NCBI GenBank assembly: GCA_977016875.1
Contig: CDRNST010000436.1
Coordinates: forward strand, 1,488,001 to 1,552,000
Source: Pavona decussata
Taxonomy: Eukaryota
DNA: 64,000 bases
Direction: 5' to 3'
Position numbers and translations under genes: made by a program. Below the pieces are notes generated by a model that was given only the letters and a program-made list of their open reading frames with translations, was not told the origin of the DNA and made no database searches. This document shows positions 24,629-36,003 of the stretch, one piece after another (the first letter of the stretch is position 1; the number at the start of each line of letters is the position of its first letter).

Positions 24629-26115
24629 CTAAACTCTATTTCATGTCACTCTCAGTGGTTGCATGTGGAGAATTTGTTCTCGCATTACACGATATAACAG
24701 TTCCATAACAAAGAGTTTTTGTCAGTATTAAAAACGTATATTGGGATTTAGACTGCTCCAGGCCAAAAAAGTGGGACTTCTCAGTGCAGACAACTAGTTC
24801 TTTTAGGAAATGCAAGAATTCCTTAAACGGAAAACGTTCCTAGGTGGTACAAATTTGCAAGATTGTATATGAACTGACCCATGGCTAGTTGGAAAAAATA
24901 TATTCCTTATTGGGCGGACTCGCAACTGTCAAGTGGAGTTCAGATCCTCTTCTCCTCCTCCCCCTCCCCTCCCCCTCCACTCCCCCCTCCCATTAGGAGG
25001 CTTGATGCTCAGGGCCCAGTTGTTCAAAGCCCAATTAAGCTAATCCTGGGTTAACGAGAACTTTGATTCCAGTTTAAGTACAAACCAATAAATATTCTTC
25101 AAAAAGATTTTTGTCCCTCAGTTTTGACTTAGACTTTTCTTTACTATTAGCTTGAAAATAGCTTTTATAAACATTTTTTAGCGAGTGAGCTGAAAACCTC
25201 GGTTAACTTTTAATCGTGGATTAGCGTTAATCGGCTTTCGAACAACGAGGCCGTGGTTAATTAAAGCTAATCCTCGATTAACAGTGACCCAAGGCTTTCA
25301 TCTCGTTCGTCAAAAATGTTTTTTAAAAGCTAATTTTAAGCTTTAAAGAAACGTTTAAGAAAAAACTTAGGGGCAAAAATATTGTGAAAGAACCTTTCTT
25401 GATTAGTAATTAAACTGCATTCAAAGTTTACGTTAACTGGGCCCTGGACATGCGCAGTACAGAACTTGGACTGAAAGGCTCCGAACTACTACTTCCGGTT
25501 CATGTTTTAGCATCCTGCTTCACAGCGTTCAAACGACTGAGCATGAATGGGAAGACTTTCGGGGGGCTGAAAGTAAAGGCTGCATCGATTTTAGAATCAA
25601 TATTCTTGAGAAGCTATACATTGTTAATTATTCTTTCTTACTATTGCCGTTATGCAAATAAAATAACAAATGAAATTGCAAAACAAACCGATTATATAAC
25701 AAAGACCATTTAACAGTTCTCGATGCTCAGAGACTAAGTAAGGGTTTCGCCATTGGCAAAGCAAAACAAGAGGTGATCAATCTGGAGGCTAACAAACGCA
25801 AAATTTCCTACCTCATCCAAATTAAACGTCCTGTCACAGTTCAAAAGATGAACTGACTTTCATGATAGCTCGCGAAGCGGTTTAATTTCGGTTTTGACTT
25901 GACTTCGTAACCAAACAAAGGACTGTTTCCCAGAAAACCGGCAAACCGGTTTTGTATGCAAAACAAATTAAAAAAGGCTTGAAAGGCATTGGGGTGTGAT
26001 GGCTTGACTATTCAGGGCTTTATGTAACCGGCCTCTGAGCCCCGTCGAAGTCTAAGTGCAGTATCGGCACTTGGTATATCAGGACTATGCATCAAACAGG
26101 GAGGACTCTTTGACA

Positions 26116-26390
26116 TTAGCGTGGGATATTAATAACGATCATGTTTCGTTGGGAACATTCTTCCTCGGAGACAGAGAGAAGAGCACGACCCAACATTCTC
26201 ACATCGGACAACGACTTTAACAATCGGAGTGAAATGGGATCAACGGAGATCATCTTAAATACGAATGTCTTGACGTAACACGCCAAGGCTTTGGCGTTAA
26301 AATTACTGAATTTACAAGCTTACCTCAACCCGGAACTTTCGTGAGTGGCTCAGGATTTCAGGATTCCATTCATCCGTAACGTCAACGACC
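26116..26390 (-). pseudogene. Relic of a third CYP46A1-like gene (promoter, 5' UTR, ATG and an internally deleted exon 1)
   Basis: 26156-26215 matches copy A at about 18007-18068 (encodes RMLGRALLS-VSEEE). 26241-26390 matches the ATG (26253), 5' UTR and upstream motif of both intact copies. No exons 2-4 seen. Confidence 0.8.
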
Positions 26391-27542
26391 ATCAAAACTC
26401 ACCGTGCAGAAACACACGTTAACACAAGGTATTAAAAGTTATTCAGCCGAGTTTCAAAAACCGATCATAGAATTAAAGGGTGACTATCAGGCCTGGGTGA
26501 CTACTTAGGTGTATCATGATGTGATCATTTACAGTTTTCCTATCCTATACCATCGCGTGATTTTATGAACAATCTCATGATTCATGAAGAATGCGTGACT
26601 TTCGAACAATGTGTGATTAGAAACTGATTCGTGCACTTTTTAAAATAGTTTAGCAATCAAAGTTTCCTTTTCTTTGATAGCTGAATAATAGTTCTCTTTT
26701 GTTCATTTAAGACTAGAATGCAAGTTTTAGTTTCGATTTTCAGTCGTAATTTTTTTTATAGCGCAGCCGAGTATCACGAACGTATTCGTCTTCATTTTTA
26801 TATATTCTAAAATTTTCAGGTTTCTTGAATCCATATTCATTTTCAAACTTTCAGACCAACGTGGTTAAAACAGACCAATTCGACTCAAAAGCCATACCCT
26901 TTGGCGCTGCACATACCTATATACACCTAACACGTAACTATATGACAAGCCCTTATACCCAGCCTTATATTGGGGAGAACCCACTACCCCTCCCTAAAAC
27001 ATAATGGAATGGTTCGCTGCTAAATTTGCTGATAGTGTCGGCCGCTTGTTTTGTTTTTGTGAACTATTATTTAGGGTCACGCCTTCCTTAACTTAATTAT
27101 GTACGGCTTCTTATATGTTATATGGCTCCCACAGTTTCCATCTCATTGATCGCCGCCATGTTTAAAACCTATTGAGCCCACAGTAACTTTGTCCGCGGTC
27201 TGTGCAAGGCATCAGTAGGTAAATCGTGTATGTAGACATTTAATGGTACATTTTGCATTTGACGTAACCGACGCATTTTGTACTATACATAGCTCACTGC
27301 TACAGGAAGTAAAATCAACTGTACTACGTGCTAAAGGAAAACTTCAAATGACGTTCGCAACTTTTGGTTAACAAGGTAAGATATTCGCAGAGAACAGTTT
27401 CTTATACCATCAAATAGAACCTGTGGTTGTTTACGTCGCCGAAGAATGGAATAATAACAAAATCGTGTGTTCTTCCGGGTAGTGAATTCAGTAATTTTAA
27501 CACCGAAGCTTTGGAGTGCTACGCCAAGAATCGTCGCTCAAG

Positions 27543-30500
27543 ATGATCTCCGTAGGTACAATTTTACTCTGGGTGTTAACAGGTTTCGTTTGTACGGTGT
27601 TTTTAGTTTTCGTTGGGTTTGCAATCTACCTTTACTATGTGCACGCGAAATACGACCATTTGCCGGGACCTAAACGAGATGGATTCTTCAAAGGCAACAT
27701 GACATTAGTGCACGAGAATCGTAACAAGCGCGGGATAACCATTCATCAGATCTGGGCTGAACTGGCGCACAAATACTCTCCATTGTTTGTCTTCTGGTTT
27801 TATCATCGCCCGGTCGTGATGATCACAGACGAACAAGCCGTGAAAGAAGTGCTGATCACCAAGAAACTACCCAAAGATACATTTGGATACGGCCATTTAT
27901 CATTTTTATTCGGTGAGAGGATGTTGGGTCGCGCTCTTCTCTCTGAAGTCTCCGAGGAAGAATGGCAATGGAAGAGGACAACCTTGGACCCCGCGTTTCA
28001 CCGCCCGACCCTCATGGGTATGATAGATGGTTTCAGTTCCACCTGCGACTCGTTCTTGCAAAGGTTGGAGACGCTTGCTGATGGAAAGACACCTGTGTCC
28101 ATGGCTGAAGAACTTGTCAGAATAAACCTGGATATGCTTGCAAAGGTAATTCTTCTTCAGTCAGTACACGTTATAGTTAAGTTTAGTTTAGTTTAGTTTA
28201 GTTTAGTTTTGTTTAGTTTAGTGTTACATCAACCTAAAACCAAACTGCCCAAATGACCCCATGTTACTGCGACATTTTTCAATCGCTACTGAATGACGGT
28301 GATCAAGGAAACCACAGGAAAGCTCGCGAAAAGAACCCGAAAGCAATGTGCTCACTTGGCGCTGAGTGTTGACAAAATCTCGTGGTTGGTATGGCAACCA
28401 ACAAGATAAAAATCTCTGTGCACCAAAGGCGGGAAAAAGTGCGACGCGTTATACCATTATTTTGGTTTTGGGTTACGAGTCAGTTAGTCTCTTAGCATTG
28501 CGTGACGACACTAGTACGGCCGCGTAGGCTCAATTGAAAACCGCTCGAACAATTTTTTTTTACTGCAGGCCGCCTACGACCTCGATTTGAATGCAACAAA
28601 CGATCCTCAGAGCCCCGTCCCTACCAATTTTAGAATTGCCCTGGAAGGTGTCGTGCAAAGTTTCCGAAAGCCTTTTATACGATTCCAGCCCTCTACGTTT
28701 GGTTACCAAGCTAAGTGCAGAGAAGCTGTGCGCTTCGTCAGGGGGGTGGCCAGAGGAGTGATTGAGAAGCGACAGGAGGAAAAGAAGAACTGGGAGGACG
28801 AACGTAACGACATCCTGTCACACATTCTCCTCTTGCCGGAGCGTGACAACCGCACCACCATCCACGATTTGGTCGATCATTTCATCACGTTTGTAGTTGG
28901 TGGTAAGTGAGTGATGATAAAAAACCTTGTAACCTTGTACCCTATTCCTAAGGACAAGAACAGAAAAAGGAGGGAGAGGGAAAATTGGTGTTTGAATTGA
29001 AAGAACTCCTTCCCAGGATGCGTTGCAAGAACGAGAGGGCGGAGAGGCAAGAAGCGAATCGGCTCCCTGCGAGAACACGCGACGCACGGTGAAGAGTCCT
29101 GTTGCGCGGAAACTCTACTCGCGTAGAGTTTCCACACGAAAGCATTTCTTACTCACTAGTTTTTCCTAACTATCGAGATATTGTTCGTGGACAATGTTAG
29201 AACTGTTCAGTTTGGTATTCACGGTGCATATGTTTTGTCTACCAGGTGAAGAAACCGAATCTAACCACTTGACGTATCTTCTCGCTGGAATACTCTCAAA
29301 TCCAGATGTGGAGGAAAGGTCTGTATTTTTTAACCTCACACTCCTTGTGCGCCACTTAGGACAAATTTGGAAACCTTCAACACCACAAGGACGTACCGCT
29401 TCATGGCTCCCATTTCAATGGACACACTTAGGTTTTTCCTCAACGTTTCAACAAGAAGGGAATGACGTTTAATTAAAGATAAACGGGGCATTGAAAGTTA
29501 ATCATACAAACCGACGAGCGTTTTAGCGGGCATATAAATGAAGCCAGTGTCAAACGCGGGAAAAGTCACGTGACAAATAGGTAGTTTTGTTTTAGTCGAC
29601 GTTGATTGGTCGAGGTAATAAACCACATCTGTAACCTGATTTTCAGGGGTAGGTTGCTGTTGGCTTCTTTTATACCAATTCGCGAAAATAGCTCAATTCA
29701 GCATGGATTACCCAAAAATAAAGTAGGAATCATGAAATGGAAAGAGCTCTGGGAAAATAATGGACACCAAGATGCATACCCCACCAACTCAACTGACAAA
29801 ATGGAATGGAAAGAATTGTGTGGAGCGCCGTTTGTGGCCGCGATTGTAGTAAAGTGCAACTGAAAAGGACTTTCGAGTGTTATAGAGGACCGACGGATGG
29901 GTAATGCTCATGAGCTCTCTGGTAGTTAGGCTGTGCGTTTGTGTAAGGTATTCATTTCGCAATACCTTGAAGTTATCCCATTAAGGGAAACTCTAAGAAG
30001 ACCCTACCCTGCGGGAAGAGGTTCCCTGGTCGCCCTTTATGCTGCCGGGCATCCGCCAGCACATAGGGAATCTCTGCTTGCAGGGTAAGAATATCCAGAA
30101 CAATCTCAATAATTCTATCATTTTCTCTCTTCTTTAGGCTGGTGGCAGAAATTGATGAAGTACTTGGCAGTAGAGTCTTTGTAAGAAGCGGAGACCTTAC
30201 TGAGTTGAAATACCTCGCGCAAGTTAGCAAGGAAGCCTTGCGCCTGCATCCACCCCAGCCAGCGATCACGCGGATGACAAACGAGGCTATCACACTGGGT
30301 GGACTTCATATTCCCGCCACAACCAGTATTATGGTAAACGCGTACGTCCTGCATCACAATCCAAAGTATTGGGAAGATCCGGAAAAATTCGACCCGGATC
30401 GCTTTGCGCCGTCCAATCAGCACAAGGTGTCGCACTACGCTTATATCCCATTCTCTCTCGGTCGCCATACTTGTATTGGAATGCGTTTTGCTGAGCTGGA

Positions 30501-30633
30501 GACGAAAATCCTGATAGCACGGCTGCTTCAAATGTTCAAACTAAAGCTCGTTCCGGGACAAAATCTAAAGGAAGTGGAGCACATGTCCCTCAGCCCGAAA
30601 AACGGAGTTCAGTGCACAATCACATTGAGGTGA
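27543..30633 (+). CDS. CYP46A1: Cytochrome P450, CYP46A1-like, copy B, 4 exons, 501 aa
   Basis: Exons 27543-28145, 28569-28902, 29246-29318, 30138-30633 (1506 nt), with the same intron positions as copy A. I-helix GGEETESNHL; EALR; PDRF; heme motif FSLGRHTCIG. Confidence 0.9.
28178..28221. repeat. (GTTTA)n microsatellite
   Basis: Pentanucleotide tandem array in intron 1 of CYP copy B. Confidence 0.9.
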
Positions 30634-31973
30634 ACTGGGATATTTGACGTCACACCCAGTTACCATAGTTACCGTTACCTTGGTTTTTAAAGTAAGTCTT
30701 CAGACAGTGAAGAATGTAACACTTGTAATACGAATAATACGACCACTAACGGATAACGCGCATTGAAGGATATCTACAATTATTTAATTGCATTTTGTCA
30801 AAAAGAAGGACTTCACAAGGCTATGTAATCGCTTCGCTTTGCAAGTTAAATTAATATATTAAAATGCGCACCCGATTTAGTAAAAAACTTTTTAGAGTGG
30901 TTGGTTTACTTGTTGGCTCCCTTTTTTGTAAAATTGTCTCTCTCTCGAGACGACCCTGGGAACAAGGTTGAATATTTGATTGAGGTTCCAGGGTGATACC
31001 TTCACCACCTGTCATGATTCGCGCGCCTCTGCCTTGATCAAAAGATGGTAAACGAGTCCGCCCATAAAATTATCTGAAGGAGTAAGAAAAATAATTATCT
31101 TCCTGAAAAACATGGATACGTCAACAAAGAAAAATTCGGAATTTCCTTCACCATTTTTTGTGTCCTCCGTTTGGCTCTCTTTTGTCGTGTCCTCAATCTC
31201 GTTCCTCAGGTTCTTTGCCCAGCGGTTGATTGCCAGGAGAGATGCTAGAGAAATAATAAAAAAACTAAATTTTTTGATTGGCTGCTCCGTAAACGGCTTG
31301 CATTGTTTTACCGCAAAGCCTGGATCCTGCGGTAATAAAGTTCCAGTACCCTAGAGTCCAATCTCGTACCCACAAGTGGGCGCCGGGAGAGACTCTAAAG
31401 AAACAGCTTTTCAGGGAACCGCAGGGTTGTAGGTTCTGCGCTAAAACAATGCAAGCCGTTTACGGAGCAGCCAATCAAAAAATTTAATTTTTCGAATTGC
31501 CCAGAGTCTCTCCTGGTGCCATTGTTGCTGGCCAAAAGGAACGCTCACTCAATGAGCTAAAGTCATGATGGTGTATAAAGCGATTGCACCTTCGTAGGTA
31601 CTGCAAGTTTTTCCAAGGCCGATTGCCCAGATCGTGTGCATTTTCGTCCGCTTTGAGTTTCATCGATATCACGATTACAAAGCAACGATCTCCAGTTCGA
31701 TCTTGGAATGGTGAGTACAAATGCAAATGATATTTACTTTCAATCTGTGTTCAGACCATCATGGCCGGGGCCAGGGTAAATTAAGCCTTTCTTGGGAGTA
31801 TTACAACGCTCAATTCTTCTTTTTGTCATCTTCGCCCGAAGTTTTTAGTGTTTTTGAAAACCATTTTTCCTGTAAATATTTCTGCCTTGGAATGCAAAGG
31901 AGGGAGGTGGCTCAAAAACAAAATACAGTGTAAAGACTTGTGGGTATTAAGATTTGGTACTCTGCTGTGTTAA

Positions 31974-32341
31974 AGGGGAAGTATCATGGGGTTTTTGATA
32001 TATTTTGTTAAAAATGATGAAATAAGACCTTCAATCACCTGACAAATAATTCTAGAATGACGAGAGGAACGAAATCAACTCAATTCTTGAAAAAAACAAC
32101 GTGTGATCTGTTCTAGCGCATTTTGGAAACAAAAATGCGAGAACTTGAAAAACATTAGCCTAATACTTTCAAGTTTCAATCAAACCGGCCTACCCTGTCT
32201 CTGGCCAGAGGCACTAATCGACAGTTTTATTGTACTGGGGTGATAATTTTTAACAAACTTGACAATTATTTTGTTGTTTCTGCTGACAGTCAAACATTTT
32301 TGGGTTTTGAAATGACAGCAAATTTTCGTGATACTTCCCCT
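31974..32341. mobile_element. Kolobok-type non-autonomous element
   Basis: TTAA|AGGGGAAGTATCA...TGATACTTCCCCT|TTAA: TTAA TSD with RR...YY termini. Confidence 0.8.
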
Positions 32342-32506
32342 TTAAGGGTTCATGGATTGAGCAGAAGAGTTCAAGCTTTACATTTCCCATTTGTTAGAAG
32401 ATCACAACAGCAAGCATAAGATTGCCACAGGAGACTTGCAACTTCAGTTCCCATGAATCCTTATTTACACACTGTTAGGTTAATATGGGTCTTGATGTAA
32501 CATGAT

Positions 32507-34104
32507 CAGGGCCGTACCTAGCGCGGGGGCAGAGGGGGCAGCTGCCCCCGCCAGGAAAACTCAATTTGTTTCTAACATCACACTGATCACAAGAAAATCG
32601 ACTAATTGACTGAAAAAATATTCCTTCAATGTGAATTCCAAATAATTATTTTGGAAAATCTTTTGAGGAAAAAGCCAGTACCGGTTTTCTTATGAAAATA
32701 ATGATTTTGTCAGTTTGTGCTGCCTATGGTTTAGAATTTGGTGTGTAAATAAAGACTGACAAGCCTACGCCACTTTCTGGCGCGTGTTTTAGTCTTTTTA
32801 AATCTAGGTTATATAAGTATATTTTTTTTCAGAGATAAATTGGTTTTAAAAGCCTGCCCTGCTCGCAAGTATTTGTAGCGGGTTTGGATTTAACCATCAC
32901 ATGTTCATCATCCGACAGCTCATTTGCGCCTAATGATTTTTGAGTTTCCTCTTTTGAATTCTGTAGCCGCTGCTAATTACTCTCAGCTCTCTACTTTATC
33001 ACTTTATTCGAAAACTTCACCATTCCAAACACATCCCGACGATAAACAAATCCGTACCAGAACGGTTCTTGAAATACAAAGATTAAATAAAAGATGTTAA
33101 AAAATACTACAAGTAACGACATGGAATAAGCAACTGAGAAACAATAGAAAACGAACGACTAACATAAAAACGGCGAAACACAACTTTACAACACTGAAAA
33201 TGACGCGCACACTAAAAACTTATGCAAAGAAAACTGGCTTAAAAAGGGTAAAAGGAGTGTCAGAAAGGCTCTTTACATACATAATAATCTTTAAAGGTGT
33301 GGGGGCGAAAGGTATGAAAGATGTAGCACGAACAAAAACAACAAAAGTAGGTGTAAATTAGGCGCGCAGAAAAAGCTATAACTCGCTGTAACAAATTCTC
33401 TTCCTTTTGAATATGATATCTTATTCCGCGTGTTCGACGACGGTGTTTTTATGCCACATAGGGCATTTCAGCTGGGTTTGGCTTGGATCTTTTAAGTGCT
33501 TGATAGTTTTAACTGCCTTTCTTGTTGAGATTTGTGTAATGTTAGGACAGAAATTAATCATTGCCTGTATCATGCAATGAGCTTCATTCTGTAATTGTTG
33601 GAATGCCGGGCCCGACTATTAGTGTTTGTCACAAGGAGTTGTGTTTCTTGGCACGGCTATTTGGTTTTTTGGTTCTCTAGTAATCGTTGTAGCGTGTTAT
33701 AGAGCTATGCAACGTGTCACAGTAATACTGAAAAGGCTTGAATTGTATTTAAATAACGACTGTGTTTTTGCAAATGCTTCGCTCCACTGATATAGTGCGT
33801 TTGTATTGTGGAAGCTCAGTGATTTTCTCCCTTTGTTTACAGCAGTGTATCGACTGTGTTTTAAAATGAGAAACAATATTTACTTCAAGCTAAACAAGAT
33901 GTTAACTCCATAAGAAGTCATGGCAATTTAAAAAAAAAAAGCTTCGGTGTGTTTTTTTTCTCTAAACGTCGTAGAGGCAACTTTCTGTGTAGGAGTGAAA
34001 ACAAAATTAATGTTCAACTAGAAACCCTGTCTACATACGGTAGACCCCTGTGAGAGGTGTGCGGAGTTTGCCCCCACAGACAAAAAATCCTAGGTACGGC
34101 CCTG
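32507..34104. mobile_element. 1.6-kb non-autonomous DNA transposon, hAT5-like (5-bp TSD)
   Basis: 15-bp TIR CAGGGCCGTACCTAG / CTAGGTACGGCCCTG, ATGAT duplicated on both flanks, subterminal GGGGGC/GCCCCC motifs. No ORF of 60 aa or more inside. Confidence 0.8.
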
Positions 34105-35831
34105 ATGATATTTGAACTTAATTCAAATAAAGCACATTAGCTTTATTTGATCGACTGAAAAGGGTGAAGTTGCACTTAGGGTCTACCTAAGTTGGACCAG
34201 TAGTTCCTGTAGCGTCCCTTTCTGGACAGGTTGCTAGTCCATCACAGGACACTGAAGCATGAGGCAGCTGAGCTAGGAGTATAGATACTCCTCATGGATG
34301 GGATGTCAGTCCATCACAGGATACCTAGCATGAAGTAACTAAGAGTATTGCTACTCCCCCATGGATCGGTTGCTAGTCCATCACGGAATACCCAATACGG
34401 AATTTGATAAATCCCATTGGATCTTGAAAACAAGTGCCATTCATGGCTGCTGATTCAAAATGGCGGTCGTAAATTTGCAAGAAGAACTGAATCGAATTAT
34501 GTTTGAATGTCGAACCGCAAACAGGTAACTGCAAATCGTGGTTAGAGGTTGGCGGTAAACTCAGATCTAAAACTCTCTAATTACTCCACCTCCGATCGTC
34601 TAACTGAATAGCTGATTGACAACTTGATGTGTTAACCCCTATACAGTACCACTTCACCTTGACTCATTAGATAAAAGAAGTAGAAAATGCCAGCTTGTTA
34701 TTGCATAAATTATTGATGCACACAGTAAACACTTTAGGGAGCTTGGGAAATTATATGTTAAAGTCAGGGCTGTCAACTCTCCCGGATAATCCGGGAGACT
34801 CCAGATTTTGAACCGTATCTCCCGGTCTCCAGATTTATGTATGCAATCTCCAGATTTTGAAGTGTAGCTCCCGTTCTCCAGATTTATGTATGTAATCTCC
34901 CGGATAATTGCCGAAGTTTGGTATTTGCCGTAGACTCCACATTCCGATATTGAAATATGAAAAGTTTACTTTACAGACTTAGAATATTCTGCCCCCCCCC
35001 CCCCCCCTCCCCACTGAAGCTGTAAATGTAGCCTTGATGTGACGTCCCTGTATTAAGGCGCGTTATTCTTGCTGGCTGGGAAGTCATATCTCCATATTTT
35101 AAGACGTGCTAGGTCTGAAAAGTACCGTAGTTACTGAACTCCTTTTATAAAACTGGGTCATTGGATAATGCATTTCAAGAGTCCTGATTGGCTTAGCAGC
35201 CAGGGAATATCAGCCATTGTACCATACCCAACAAATAGAAGCCATGAAATAGTCTTCTTACAAAATGAAATCACCAAGATCTAGCAATGTTTCTTGATTT
35301 TTTTTAAATTAAACTATTGTTCCTCCCATGCTTGTTAGATGTGGGACGAGTTTTGCCAATCTAAACTCATGATATAATTCATTGTTAAATGTATCCTCCC
35401 TGTCCAAGTCAGCAGAATAATAACTGAAAAATACTCTCCAGACTAACTTTTAATTTTCTGTTTTTAATGAACATCAACTTTGTACTGCAATAATTTAATT
35501 ATCACAGAAGATAATTTGTATATTTATATTAGCTTTACTATACCTTTAAATATTTGATACATGTAGCCATCATATCTATTCACAAATAACTTCTGTCTTA
35601 TTATAATAAAGGCTGAGAGCACAACCATCTTACATCAAATTTTATGCTGATTTTTCATTTTGCTCAAAAGTTTGTGAATTTCTTTCGCATGTGGTCTTCA
35701 ATTTGTTCAGAGAGCATTGTTCAGTTTTTTTCCTTGTTGGTTTACCCTTAGTTTTCAAGAAAAATGAAGCCAAAATATAGAGTCAGCAAAATTCAAAATA
35801 AGATGGTTATGCTAGATCAACCCTTTACCCA

Positions 35832-35931
35832 TAATAATTATTATTATTATTATTACTATTAATATTATTATCATCATCATCATTAATATCATCTTATTAC
35901 TATTATTATTGTTATTATTATTATTAATTAC

Positions 35932-35979
<48 letters not shown>

Positions 35980-36003
35980 TACTGTTACTATTACCATTAT
36001 CAT
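35832..36003. repeat. (TAT)n/(CAT)n compound microsatellite
   Basis: Trinucleotide array read directly. Confidence 0.95.

Noticed and set aside
35812-36003. Poly-Ile/Asn ORF
   Set aside because: Translation of a (TAT)n microsatellite.
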